DNA of 64,000 nt from contig RQSC01000518.1 in NCBI GenBank assembly GCA_013416795.1, positions 7,346 through 71,345 on the forward strand, given 5' to 3'. This stretch comes from Prasinococcaceae sp. CCMP 1430. Its lineage: Eukaryota; Plantae; Prasinodermophyta. The translations under genes and the position numbers were made by a program. Below the pieces are notes generated by a model, which was not told the DNA's origin, did not search any database, and was given only the letters and a program-made list of their open reading frames with translations. Positions within the stretch are counted from its first letter, which is position 1. The number at the start of each line of letters is the position of its first letter. Shown one piece after another: positions 31,420 through 43,651 of this stretch.

Positions 31420-31989
31420 ATGGCAGCGGCGGCAGTTGCGGCAGCGGCGGCGGCAGTTGGGACTGCGCCAACAGTGCGCCGTTGTCGCAAGCGGTGCTCA
31501 AGACGGCGGTGCGCGCGGCAGGCGGAGCTGCCCGACTGGGCTGCGGGCGCGCTGACGAAGGCGGGTTTCGACCCGGACGGCCTCGAGGGGAGGCTTGCGA
31601 GTGCGCGGCGCGAGAGCGAGGTGCTAGGGATGGGCATGGCTCTACTCTGGCGTGACGTGCGGACCGACGCGCCATTGCTCGCGCGCGAGCTGGTACGTGA
31701 GAGTGGTAGCACACTTGGCCAGATGGTCACCGAGGGGCGCCCGCTCAGCGAAGCTGAGCGCCTGCGAGCGCGGCGGTTCGGTGAGTACGGGTGGCCCGCA
31801 TTCTGGTACTCGTTCGTCTTCATGAACACTGTGCCATACACGCCGCTCGTGCTGCCGGTCGTGCTGCGCTTCGTCGACAGAGAAAAGGTTGTGCCGCCGC
31901 AGCTTGATGTGGAGACCGATCGCAGGCTCGCGCTGCTGGTGGCGTGGAAGCAGAGGGAGCGCGAGCTCGAGTCCGGGCTCGAGAGTTGA
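31420..31989 (+). CDS. Small organelle-targeted LETM1-like domain protein
   Basis: Transit-like N-terminus, then GMALLWRDVRTDAPLL...GRPLSEAERLR...VPYTPLVLPVVLRFVDREKVVPPQ, resembling the LETM1 core. Confidence 0.55.
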   Translation: MAAAAVAAAAAAVGTAPTVRRCRKRCSRRRCARQAELPDWAAGALTKAGFDPDGLEGRLASARRESEVLGMGMALLWRDVRTDAPLLARELVRESGSTLGQMVTEGRPLSEAERLRARRFGEYGWPAFWYSFVFMNTVPYTPLVLPVVLRFVDREKVVPPQLDVETDRRLALLVAWKQRERELESGLES

Positions 31990-32177
31990 GCAAGGCAAGT
32001 GCCTGTGAGATAATGAATGTATATGTATTACACGTACACAGGTGTGCTGGGCTCGCTAGCAGGCGCGGGGGGCGCGAGCGATGAGCCTGCAGACGGAGGT
32101 CGGGCAAGGCCACGGCTTGTGCGGCCGTCGCAAGCTCCGCGCTCGCGCCGCCCTGTCACCATCTGCGCAGCTACCGC

Positions 32178-33071
32178 TTACTTGAAGAACATGGCGTGCC
32201 TGGAGCGCATGACGGAGTCCGCTGCGGTGTGGCGCTTGGGCGCGACGTGCCTGGTCTTTCCCTCTGCGGCCAGTTTGGCACGTGCCTCGTCGCGCTCCGC
32301 CCTAAGCCACCCTTCTACCGTGTTCAGCAGTCCGTGCCTGTGCGTGGTATCAACACCCATCTCAACGGGAGTACCGACCGCGACAAGCTTGCCGTCGGTC
32401 ACACGCGCGATGTGCGTGGCCCACTCCTCCATGCCGTCGAATATGTGCGTGGCGTATACCACCGTGCAATTGCGCGCCTTGCATTCCTCCTCGAAATACT
32501 TCATCAGCTCCGCGCGTGCGACCACATCCAGGTCGACGGTGATTTCGTCGAGCAGCAGCGCGCGGAAGGGCCGCATGAGGCCCATGGCGAGCTGCACGCG
32601 GCGCCGCTGGCCGTCCGAGAGCTGGTGCATGCGCCATTCCAGGTCGATGTCGAGTGTCTTGATAAGCTTGAGACGACGCTCCTCCTCCACTCCAGGGACG
32701 TTGTACAGCATCTCCCTCGCCGAGAAGTCGCCCTGCAGTGGCATGTCGTTGCCTGCGAACGCAACATCGCGCGTCCACGCACCGCCGATGTACGAGATCT
32801 CGCCGCTGCACGTGAGCGCCGTGTCGTGGAAGGGCGAGCCGCCGCAGACGGTGATAGTCTCGCGGCTCACCATGTTTTTGCCCGCCAGCACGCGCAGCAC
32901 GGTCGACTTGCCCGCGCCGTTGGCGCCCAGCAGCAGGCACCGGCTGCCCGCAGGCAGGTCAAGTGTGAAGTCGCGCACCGACGGCTCGCAGCCCGGGTAC
33001 GCGTACGTGAGCTGCTGCACGCGCATGCTGTTGTTGGCGCCGTCGCATTCCTCCATCGGGGAGGCGCACAT
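32178..33071 (-). CDS. Soluble ABC ATPase, ABCI19-21/CAF16-like
   Basis: GANGAGKS (Walker A), LSDGQRRRVQ (signature), LLLDE (Walker B) and ATHIFDG (H-loop). Confidence 0.9.
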   Translation of the reverse strand: MCASPMEECDGANNSMRVQQLTYAYPGCEPSVRDFTLDLPAGSRCLLLGANGAGKSTVLRVLAGKNMVSRETITVCGGSPFHDTALTCSGEISYIGGAWTRDVAFAGNDMPLQGDFSAREMLYNVPGVEEERRLKLIKTLDIDLEWRMHQLSDGQRRRVQLAMGLMRPFRALLLDEITVDLDVVARAELMKYFEEECKARNCTVVYATHIFDGMEEWATHIARVTDGKLVAVGTPVEMGVDTTHRHGLLNTVEGWLRAERDEARAKLAAEGKTRHVAPKRHTAADSVMRSRHAMFFK

Positions 33072-33848
33072 CCTCGCCCACTCCCGCCCTGCCCTCTGCC
33101 TCTCCGCCCACCGAGTGCTGCGCGGCGTGTGGGCCGTGCGCGCGCCGCGCCGCGAGGGTTCCGAGTGGCGCCCCGCGCGCCCTCACCCAGTCGCGGCCCG
33201 TCACGCGGCGGCCGGCGCGCGCGCGGAATGCGGATCGAAAGCAGGGAGCGAGCGGCCGCGGGCGGACGCTGCCGTCCGCAGCCGGGAGGCGGGCGAGGAG
33301 GAATTCGATGGGCTTGGGCTCGCCGCCGAAACCGGCGGCGGCAGCGAGCGCAGCATCCGGCCGAAGCGGGAACCGACCGATACGGCGCGCGGGCGGGTGG
33401 GCCTCGCGGTGCGTTCCCCGACTCGAACGCAGCGGCGGTGGCAGGTCGAGGCCCCGCAGCGGGAGCGCGGGCGGGCGCGGGCAACGAGCGGCGAGGGCGA
33501 GGGGCGGGGCAGCCCCGCAGGATGGCGTTCGATGATGTGGGTGTGGCTTGGGGTGCGTGCGGGTGGTCAGACGGGGGGACGGTGCTGGCAGCGGGCCAGG
33601 AGCTTGGCTCTTGTGCGAACAGCGCCGCCTCGTCCGCTGCCGTGAGCTCCTCGGGCTCCTTCTCGGAGTCGATATGCTCTCACCGTGGGCCACACTGCGC
33701 CCTCGCGGGGCGCACACAAAGCGCACTGGCGCACCCAGGCGGGAGAAGAGGGAGGAGGGAGCAAAGAGGTAGCGGAGGCGCCTGTCACGCGCACGCGCAC
33801 GCGCAAGTGGAAGCGGGAGCAGGCCTGGTGTGGACGGGGGAGGTCAGG

Positions 33849-36213
33849 GATGGCGACGGTGGCACCCACGCATTCGATACCCGTGGTGTTCGCCGGCCAC
33901 CGCGACGCGCTCGCGCGCGAGCTGCGCACGCGCGCCGCCGGTGCGTGCGTGACGCGTTACGAGGTACGTACGATGCTTGGCCGCATGGGTGCCCCTGGCG
34001 GTGCCGCGCTGTCCTCGTTCTTGGCTGCAACATTCGCAGAGGGCGAGCAGACGGCGGCGGCAGACGCTCTTGCCGTGGCCGTCTCGACAGGCGCGCGCGT
34101 GGCGCCTGGAACAGCACGCACGCAGCCTGCAGAAGTTGCCGCAGCTGTAGCCGCCCAGTATGACGCCAGCAATGGCGGTGATCGCATGCCGCTGGAGTTC
34201 GTGGGCGCCGCCAAGTCTCCGCTGCGTACGGGCAGCGCGATGCGAGCGGTGCGGTCTGCACTCGGAAGGACGAGCACGGCGTCGGCTGGGAGCAGGTGCG
34301 TGGGCACCGCCGCCCCCAGGGTGGCTATCGCCAGCAAGCGCCCACTACCCCAAAGCATTGATGGGGCCGACGCTTTAGTTAGTTACGACTCGCTCTGACT
34401 AGCTTTGCTCGCTCCCTCTTTTCCCGATCTCATGCCACAGCCTGCTCGGCGCAGGCCGCCCCCTCAGCGGCCCCGCCGCGTCGGCGGTTGACCGCCTGCT
34501 CGCCAAGGTAGGCGCTCCTTCGGACGCCGAGCTCGCTGCGCGAGAGGAAGAGATCGCTCGCGCATTGCTAAGCGGCATTAAACCACCGCCGCGACGTGAT
34601 GCGTCCGCTGAGCTGGCGGTGGGCAGGCGCGCATGCGCGTCCCCGGCAAAGGAAGCGACGACGGCAGTGACGCCAGCGGCAGGAGGTGCTGTGGCGACTC
34701 CAGCGGAGCGAGCGATGAGCGCGCAAAAGCAGGGTACGGCTGCATCTCTGGGACGCTATGTTACCGATGCAGCACTGGCGGAACAGGCACACTTCGACAG
34801 GTGAGGTCAATCGCTGCGCTCGAGGGCCCTTCGTGGCGCACAGGCTAGCCGTTCGGACTCCCACCTCGTGGCACGTGCTCGCATCGTGTGCTGACGCCCG
34901 CCCCCTCTCGCCTGCCCATCGTCACATGCTGCGTCCGCCAACGCTGTGCGAAAAGCAGCGGTGGTGCCTCTGGCGGCCGCGTGCCAACCTCTGCTGCCCA
35001 TGACAATGCACAAATGCCTTCGCTGCTGCGCAATGCTGTGCTCGAGGTGAGGACTACAGAGGGGCAAGGCGACGAGGCTGCAGCGGAAATGGCCGCCGCA
35101 ACTCTGCGCGCGGACGCATACGTTGCCGCTTTGAAGCACCGCATGCATGGCCACAGGCGGCCGGACGCGGAAGTTTCCGGTGGCGCCGCAACGCCGCGCG
35201 ATGCGCCGAATCCCGCACGGCCTAGCCCCAAGGAGGCTACACTGGAGTCGGTGTTGCGCCGCGAGGTGACAGATTCAGTGGCGGTCACCGGCACGGCCGC
35301 GGCCGCGGAAATGGGAGCCACCGCGAGCGCGAGCTCGAGGATGGGAACGGCCGCCGACGCTAGTACCAGTGCGGGCCATCACGATGCTTTGCTCCTTGGA
35401 GCCAAACCCACCAACTTGGCACTCAGCGCGCACGAAGATGAGGTAGAAGCGCTCAAAGGCCGGCTGGCAGTTGAACGCGCGCGCGCCGATGCCGAGGCGC
35501 GACGAGCGGAGGGCCTCAGATGCGAGGTGATGTTGCTGCAGTCAGCTCTTGCAGGAGCCAGTGGCGCGGCGGAGGCGGCCGCCGGAGATGCAGAGAAAGC
35601 TGTCGCAGCGGCCAAGGGGGAGGTGCGTGTGCACGCGGCCAAGGTAGTGGCAGCGTGCGAACGCGATTGCGCGGACCTCGCATGCTGACACATGCGCCTG
35701 CGCGGCGCCTGTGAGCCGCAGTGCAAGCAGCTGCGCAGCGCGCTGATCCGCTGCAAAGAGGAGTTGCTTGCTGAACGCGAGGCCATTCGTGCCAAAGAGG
35801 AGCAGCTTCTGCTGCGCGAGAAGCGCATGCTCGCCACCCTCATGCAGCAGCTGCAGGCTACACAAAGGGACGTGCATCGTCTGGACAACGATGCACAGAG
35901 CATGGAGGCCATGCAAGGGCGTATCGAGTCGCTGCACGAGCTTGTCGCTACCTCGGAGGTGCTCGCCGCAAGCAAGGCGGAGGCCAACGTGCGGACAAGT
36001 GTGCTGCCTGTCGAAAAGATCACCTCGCTCGACCTCTTCATGGACACGCAGCAAGTGACGCCCAATCAGAAGGGCGCCCCGCCGGCGCTGTGCGCGCGCG
36101 CTATCGATCATTCACCAGGCACAATGGTGAGCTCTGAGCCCTCGATGCACGGGGCCACCCGCATCCTCAGCGAGCTTGGCTCTTTGAAGAGCCAGCTGAC
36201 TGCCATGGCATGA
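33849..36213 (+). CDS. Hypothetical multi-exon coiled-coil protein
   Basis: Coding-like blocks separated by GT..AG segments; heptad-rich C-terminal exons (EELLAEREAIRAKEEQLLLREKRML...). Exon structure only partly resolved. Confidence 0.5.
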
Positions 36214-36262
36214 GAGTCTGTCGCATGCGTCCGACTAGACTAGGGGTGGATAAGACGTCCGA

Positions 36263-37621
36263 TTACGTGCACGCCGCATCCTTCAAATCAACCACCACCA
36301 CCGCGACGTTGTCCTGCGTCTTCTTCTTGGTCGCATAAGCCACCATGGCCTCGGCGGCTCGCTGGGCGTCCCCGTGCGCGCTGAGTTCCTTCGCGACGAG
36401 CACAGTGGCGTTCTTGGACGAGCACACGTCCCACAAGCCATCCGAGGCGAGGACGAGGAACTCATCGTTCGGCGTACGCTCGATTTCAGAAACGTCGGGC
36501 GTGGGGATGACCAGGTCCGACTCCATCGTCGCCTTGCGCGCCTGGGGATAGTCGTCAAGGAGCTCCTCGCGCAGGTCGAACCGCCCGCCCTGCGCGCGCA
36601 AGGCCGCGCCATTTGGGGTTTACACACAAGCGCGCGCGCGCATGGTCAGCGCGCCGCCACGTGCGCATCGGGCCCCACCCAGGCGGGATGGGACCGGGTG
36701 CGAGGCCCGGTGCACGAATGCCAGTGCCAGCCCCTGCCGCGGTGCGAACGCGCTGTGGCGCAGCTGGACGAGGCTCTCAGCGCGCCGCACCTTGAACTCC
36801 CAATCGCCGAAGGCTCTGCTAACCGCCAGAATGCCGCACACGCGTCCTTGCTGCACCCACCCCCCCGCATCCTTTATGCGCTGCACCTCCGCGCGCGACG
36901 TCTTTGATGGCCCGTACACCCTGTGCTCCGAGGTGAGATCGATTGCTTTGCCGCCGCGCGCAAGCACAGCGCGCGAGTCCCCCACGTTGGCCGCCAAGAT
37001 GCGGTCCTGGCGCACCAGCAGCGACGTCGCCGTGCTGCCCGAGAAGCAGTCCGGCGGCGCGAACTTTGAGAGGTGCTTTGCCAGCGTGGCGTCCGCCTCG
37101 TCGAATGCTGCGCTGAGCGTCTGTTCCAGCAGCGACCCGCCGTCCTGCGCTTGGGCTCCGATTGGGCTCACGTCGCACCCCGCGGCGTCTACGCCCTTGG
37201 CGAACGCCTCGTACAGGTTGTCGCGCAGCCAGGTCGACGCCGCCGCGCCCTCGTGCCCATCGAAGAGCCCGGCGTACAGATACCCGCAACGCGCGTCTGG
37301 GTGCACGACTAGCGTGTCCTCCATGTATTCGCGCGGCCCCTGCGCGAGCGCGCTGCCGAACTTCGGAGGCCACGTCTTGGGTGCGGGCTTTTCCCTCTCA
37401 GCGGAGCTGGCATCGCCGGCGAGCGTGCTGGAGCCGCTGTCGCGGCCTCCTCCAAAGAGCCCCCTGGCGGGAGCCAAATGCGCTCCCTTCGTAGGCACGG
37501 GTGCATGAGGCGCGCGCGCCGGTGCACGCACGCAGCGGCCCACCCGCGGCACTCGCGCACCACCGCATGGCGCGCGAGCCCTTCCTGCGGACGCCATGGA
37601 CATCCGCGAGCACGCCGCCAT
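36263..37621 (-). CDS. PPH1: Chloroplast PP2C phosphatase of LHCII, TAP38/PPH1
   Basis: QGPREYMED, FDGHEG, SGSTAT, ANVGDSRA, HRVYGPSKTSRAEVQRIKDAGGW...GRVCGILAVSRAFGD, LASDGLWD and TQDN; intron 36590-36790; transit-like N-terminus. Confidence 0.8.
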
Positions 37622-38476
37622 CCGCACCCTTTCGCGCAGCCGCACCCTCGCGTGGGCGCGTCGCGCAGGCCCGACCACAGAAACGACCGCCGCGCAACCG
37701 ATCCTAGCGAAGCAACCCTCACCCCCGCTCGCCCACCTGCCTGCACACCGCCACCACGCACCCGGCGCGCCTGCCCCCACCCGCCCGCCCACGCGGCGCA
37801 CAGCCGCGGCAGCTGCGGCCGCACGTCGCCCCACGCGCAGGCCACGCCTGCAGTGAAAACTCCCGCTCTTCTCACTCCCGCCCTCTCAGCCGTCGCGCAG
37901 GCCGTCTGCCCAACGCACACCTCGTCCCCCGTCTCTGCACCCGCGCGCCCCTCCCCCCCCCCCCGGCCCCGGCACGGGTGCGTGCCCCACGCAGCGCCCG
38001 GCGCGAGAAGTGCCGCCCCTGCCGTCCCCTGCGCCCTCGCTCGCTCCACCTGTGCGGGCGCTGGAGCGCTGCGTCAGGCGCCACGGGCCACCGCGCCGCC
38101 GCGCGCCAAGCTGCTCGCACGCTGGCTTGAGTCTTTGGATCGTCGTCGTAGCTGTCGCCCCTCGCCTTTCCCACCCATCCCCCTCCCCCCTGTCACCCCT
38201 CTATTTTACCCAGCACCCCCGCGCCCCACACCTCACGCCACCACGACAGGCCCTCCGCGCTGACGCGTGCGCTGGCGGCGCGCGCGCGCAACGCGACGGG
38301 GGTCAGGGTTCCGTTCCTGCCGTACTGACTGTAATAATAGTGACAGGGACAGGCTTGGCTGATCCCCAGGATAACACCGAGATTTCGTCTACCGCGGCTT
38401 TGGCCAGGGCGGAGGTGCGGCTGATCAGCGAGAGACAGACCCGGAAATAGGCTCGATCGAGCAGCGCTCTCCGCCC

Positions 38477-38514
38477 CTGACTGACTGGTGACTCACTCAC
38501 TGACTGACTGACTG
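38477..38514. repeat. (CTGA)/(CTCA) tetranucleotide repeat
   Basis: ctgactgactggtgactcactcactgactgactgactga. Confidence 0.8.
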
Positions 38515-38921
38515 AATCGGGCGAGGCCGCGCGCGCGATCCGATCCCAATCCGATCCGGGGCGCGGCAAGCCGGCCGACCAGGGTGTCGCCATCAGCCAG
38601 CCAGGGGCGGAAATGCATGCCATTGAGCAGATCTAGCTTGAGCTGGCTGGAGTCGGTCGTTCAGTCAGCCCCAGCCAGCCAGCCAGCAGCACGAGACGGA
38701 GGAGTGCGACTCCCGGGCGGATCGGGCAATTGATCGAGATGTCATGGCTGACTGACGACGGGCGGGTTGGCGACTTGACCGCATCTGGATGATGGATCCG
38801 TCCGGATGTTTTGCTGCTTTTTGGGTTGGTGGGGCGCGTCGCGCGGCAAACAAATCTTTCCGCGGCGCGGCGCGCCCCGCGCCTCGCGCGGGGCGCGCCC
38901 GCGGCCGCGCAATCCGCACCN

Positions 38922-39246
38922 GGCGAGCGATGCCCGCCAGGGTCGTGGTTGGACGTCGCGTGCAACTACACCGTGGAACGCGCCCTGGCGCCGCCCGAGC
39001 CCAGCGAGCGAGTGCGTCCTACGGCGCTGACGATGGCGGGCGACTCGGTCGCAGCGGGGCGCTCAAGGCCGCCGAAGGCGCTCGTGCTGCTCATGAACAA
39101 TGCGGTGGAACACGACTGGGAGACGACGCCGTACGAAAGCCTACCGCCGGAGTGCAAGGCCATGGCCGCCGCGGGGGCGTATCGATATATATCGGGCATG
39201 CGCGACCCCTTCAGCGCCGCGGTCAGTGACTACCTGTACACGAAGG
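38922..39246 (+). CDS. Exon fragment with a sulfotransferase-like PAPS-binding motif
   Basis: YRYISGMRDPFSAAVSDYLY resembles RxPxDxxVSxY; begins at a single-N join (38921) and ends at AAG|GTGCGT; other exons not found. Confidence 0.3.
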
Positions 39247-39281
39247 TGCGTGGCGCCGAGCGGGTCTCAGTGCCTGCTCCG

Positions 39282-39943
39282 ATGATTGGCAGAAGTGCCA
39301 CTTGCCGAAGTCCGTCTCGCGCCAAGCAGGGCGCGCGGCGCTCGCCAGTGGCGGCTCGCGCGGTGCCGCGGGTGCGCGCGCCACCTGCCGGTGCGCGTGA
39401 GGGCGAGCATGCGGGAGTCGGGGACGACATCACAGTGCCGGAGATGCTCTGCAAACCGCAGATGCCGTGCGCCGCATTTGCGCTCTCCGCACTCGCGCAA
39501 ACGTCGCCCGCGCTCGCCGCCGACGCGGCGGCGGACGCGGCGGACGCGGCAGCGAGCGCGAGCGATGCGGGCGCGGACCCTACCGTCGTTGCTGGTGTCG
39601 TCGCGGTGGCAGTCGCGGCCGGGGTGCTTTTCAAGGGGAGCAGTTCCGACGCCGAGGAAGGCTCCTTCGAGCAAAGCTTGGTGCGTGCGCGCACGCGCGC
39701 CGGCTGCCCCGCTGGTGTGCCGCGCCTACGCGCGCCCTCCATGCCAACCTCCGCCGAAGCGTGCGTGCGCACGGTCCCTTTGGGTCGCGGGGGTCACTCT
39801 GGCCACCTGTACTGACGTTGGCACCCGCGCGCACCTGCCGGCGTGCCGGCCCACTTGATGTCATGCGCCCACCTGGCCATGTGTTCTAGACCATCGCTGG
39901 CGGCGAGAGGCGCAAGCGCAAGCCTCCCCCGCCCTCAATGTGA
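39282..39943 (+). CDS. Small single-pass thylakoid-type protein (bipartite targeting)
   Basis: MIGRSATCRSPSRAK... transit peptide, AFALSALAQTSPALA signal-like segment, TM PTVVAGVVAVAVAAGVLF; the intron after SFEQSL splices in frame to TIAGGERRKRKPPPPSM*. Confidence 0.45.
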
Positions 39944-40343
39944 GCCGCACCGCACGCACCCACCCAACGCACCTTCAGTGCGCGTGCGTTGGGATCGACG
40001 AGCGCACCGCGCATGGATGGCCACGCCCACAACGCTTAGAGCAACACACACGTCACAAAGCTCATGCGTAACGATGTACATGTAGGTCGTTTGCTTGCCA
40101 GTGCGCACGCGCTTAGACACCCATGGCGCGAGGTCTCTTCCTTCACCAGAGCCTACGAGCGCGCGGGCGTGTTTCGTCGGTCGCGCCGCTATGCGCCGAC
40201 GACAGCTTGTGTGCCTCGTGCCGTGCTGTCTCTAGCGAGAAATGTATTCGGACATTTATGTGTGTGCCGTGCTTCTTTCTTGAAAGAAAGAAGACGAGCC
40301 GTATAGAGGGGAGCGCCAGGGCTGGCGAGCTCACGCAGGTCAT

Positions 40344-42056
40344 TCACTCGTCAATCATGGCCTTCGCTTTTGTGGCAGCCTCGCGCGCGGCCTGCAGTGC
40401 GGCTTCCACAGCGTCCTTGCCGGCCAGCGGCGGCGCACCCTCGACATCGCTCTCTGAGTCAGCCAAGGCGAGCGACGGGGCGCCGTCCGGCGCGATGGCG
40501 CAACCTGAATCGTCGCACACAACCGCGCTCGCCTCAGTGAGGGCGAGGGTGCGACGCGCGCGAGTTTTGGCAGCCTATGGCACGACAAGTCAGCCGAGGG
40601 AAACACCAGAGCGACGTCAGCGCGCGTGGCGTGGAACACAGCAACGCAACAAGCGCGCGAGCTGCGCGCGTGCTCGCACACACACTGCGCCCCCTGGGTG
40701 CGCACGACGCATCGCTGACTGCTCGTGCGAGAGTGTCGCCCTCGCGCGTGATTGCCCCCTCAATGAGGCGCGCGGGAGAGCACCCGTGCGCGACGCACCT
40801 TGGAGGGAGCATTCGGCAGCGCGCAGCCCGACTCGTCACAGACGAGGCCGCTGTCGGCCGCGCGCGGCCCCGATGAGTCGGGCGCTGCGTCCTGTTTGAG
40901 CATCTCCTCTGTCATCGCAAACGCCCACAAGGTCACAGATAGAGCTGCCTCTTCTGCCACACTCGTCCCGTAGTCCACCCTGCCCACGCGCCGGCTCGGG
41001 AGCTGCACGACCGCGTCAAAGAGGGGGGGGGCGGAGGAGGTAACACGAAGCGCTATCCGGGGCTTGAGGCCCGCGGGAAGCTGGAGGGTGGCGGCGTATA
41101 CGCCCGCGCCCACCGATTCGAGCTCTGCAACTGCCTCATGGGCAGGTTGTGACTGTCCGCGAGCCTTGCTTTCGACGCTGGCGACGATGCCGTCCATATC
41201 CTCGTCGCCCTCACTTTCGACGCGCACATGCAACGATACGGTCTCGCCCTTGGCGAGCTTCGGCGCGTCCTTGCGCTCGACTGCCGCGTTGCTGTAGTCA
41301 GTAGAGAGGACCTTCGGCTTGGTGCTGGCGTTCGAGGTCGTCGTAGTCGCGCCCGTGCCCTCGCCGGCGACTGCGCACATCAGCCCGCGCGCACGTGACT
41401 GCGCGCGCGGTGCAGCCGGATGCACGGTGGCGAGGTGCGCACGCAGACCGCAGACCACACTGGGCCGCGCGCTCCTCGGGGGCGCGGCAGCCAGCATCCT
41501 GACGATGCCCCTTTCTGCCACGAGACAGTAGACGCACTCGTGCTCAGCTTCACTCGCGTGGCCCGCGCCCGATGGCCCTGCACTGCTGCAGCCCGCCGTG
41601 CTCGGGAGGCACCCCCGTGGCACTTTCCGTTCGCAGAGGTGGTTGCACGCCGGCGCTGCGCGGCTCGGCGCAGCGACAGAGCGCGGCACACGAGCACTGC
41701 GATTGATGGGCGCGGCGCCCTGCTCAGACGATAGCTCCGGGAGCTGATCAACGCCTGCAATCCTTGGTCGCGCGCGCGCGCGGCGGCGGGTGGGAGGGGG
41801 GGGGGGGGGCGCCCTGCGCGCTTTGTGGAGCCTCCGGCGCCAGCGCGCGGCCGCACCTCCCGCCGCGGATTCCCGGCGCCCGCAGCCGCAGATTTGCGAC
41901 GCGGGCGCCGGCCTCACCCCGCACACGCACCCGACACGTGCGGCCGGCACGCACTCTCGGCCGCGTCGCGCTTGGCTGCTGCGGCTGGGTGCTGATGTCA
42001 GCAGAGCAGGCCGGTGACTGGATGGCTGGTGAGGACGCCGCCAGAGCAATCCCCAT
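40344..42056 (-). CDS. Hypothetical plastid-targeted multi-exon protein
   Basis: Transit-like exon from ATG 42056; coding-like exon KVLSTDYSNAAV...LWAFAM; repeated VCD(E/D)SGC motif in two exons; stop after KAMIDE. Confidence 0.45.
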
Positions 42057-42621
42057 CACCCCATCATTCCATCCCCATCAGATCGGCAATCGCATCATCA
42101 CTCGACCGACTGAGTCGTGATGCAGACTGCGGCACCCCGAACCGAAAGCAAAAGGGGGTATGGAGTGGGGTCGCGGGCGCGCGCTCCTCTCCTTGGCTCG
42201 CGCCGTGCGAAGCGAGGACAGATCGCCGCATCGATCGAAGCCGGCAGCCCTGGCCCTGCCGGCGGCGGCTCGGCCGCGCAGCCGCCGCGGACGCGGGCGC
42301 GAGGGCGCGCGCGGTGCGCGCGCGGTGCGCGCGGTGCGCGGGGCGGCCCCACAAGCTGCACACCAGACGCGCGGGCGGGGCGCGTTCTCATCGCCTGCCC
42401 GCTGCCCCTCGCTCGCTCTCTCTCTCTCGCGCGCGGGCGGGCTGCGCTGCGGGTCGCCTGAGCGCAGAGGCGCGAAGCGAAGCTGCCGCCGCACAGGCAG
42501 GGGGGCGCAAGGCAGGCGGGGCGGGGTGAGGTGGGGCTGTGAGGAGTCAGACGCAGCCCCGAGGGGGGTGCGGTCCTGAACATAGCGGTGCGGCTCGAGC
42601 GCAAATCCTCGCGGGCTTTAG

Positions 42622-43317
42622 ATGCGCGTGGGCAGTGCGCTCGCGGCAGCGGCGATGGGAGGTGCCTTCGGCATGCTCTTCCAGCGGAAAGGAGGGCAGC
42701 AGGTGCACGCCGATGGCCAGCAGCAGCTCGACACCGACGCGCCGCGCGCCCTCGTGATCGCCGGCCCGTCAGGCGTGGGCAAGGGGACCCTGATAGGGAT
42801 GCTCATGAAGGCGCATCCGGACAAGTTCGGCTTCTCGGTGTCGCACACAACGCGTGCACCGCGTGAGGGCGAGAAGGACGGTGTGCACTACAACTTCACC
42901 ACTATTGAGGATATGGAGCGGCGCATCGCAAAGGGCGAGTTTCTGGAGTACGCGCGCGTCCATGGCAAGATCTACGGAACGTCGTTTGCGGCCGTGCGCG
43001 CTGTCGCGGAGGGTGGCGAGCCCAAATGCTGCGTCCTGGACATCGACGTGCAGGGTGCCGACCTCGTACGCAAAGCAAAGCTCCCCGCTGGCTTCGTCTT
43101 CATCGCGCCGCCCTCGATGGAAGAGCTCGAGCGGCGGCTGCGAGGACGAGGCACCGAGTCGGAGTCGGATGTCGAAAAGCGCATCGCGAATGCGCGCGGC
43201 GAGATGGATAGGCGCAACGAGAAGGGCCTCTTTGACGAAGTGATTGTGAACGACGACCTCGACGAGACGTACAAGAGGTTCGAGAAGTTCGCACTCAGCT
43301 GCCTGAGCTCGAAATGA
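42622..43317 (+). CDS. GUK1: Guanylate kinase (organellar-type N-terminal extension)
   Basis: GPSGVGKGT (P-loop), SVSHTTRAPREGEKDGVHYNF, EYARVHGKIYGTS, LDIDVQG and RLRGRGTES. Confidence 0.95.
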   Translation: MRVGSALAAAAMGGAFGMLFQRKGGQQVHADGQQQLDTDAPRALVIAGPSGVGKGTLIGMLMKAHPDKFGFSVSHTTRAPREGEKDGVHYNFTTIEDMERRIAKGEFLEYARVHGKIYGTSFAAVRAVAEGGEPKCCVLDIDVQGADLVRKAKLPAGFVFIAPPSMEELERRLRGRGTESESDVEKRIANARGEMDRRNEKGLFDEVIVNDDLDETYKRFEKFALSCLSSK

Positions 43318-43651
43318 AGCGTTACGCGACTTTGGCTGGCTACGGCCCACATGAGGTCAGTGTCGGTAGCAGCGCTGCCCCCGCGCACTGGCGCGCATAG
43401 CTGGCGCGTGCACCAATGACGACACCGCACAACTTATCATTCATGCGTGTCAGCTGAAGGATCCCTTGTGATCGACTGCATCAAATCTTCTCACCGAGGG
43501 CACGCGCCGCGTCCATTCGATCGGCATGCAACTCTGGTAGCCTCGCTAGGGCCCGCGTTCTGACGTAGCACCCGCGCGTGCACCCGATGCGCGCCCTCGT
43601 GCAACACAGGGCGCTCGACTTGATGCTCTTTAATTGAAGACTTATCGCGAC

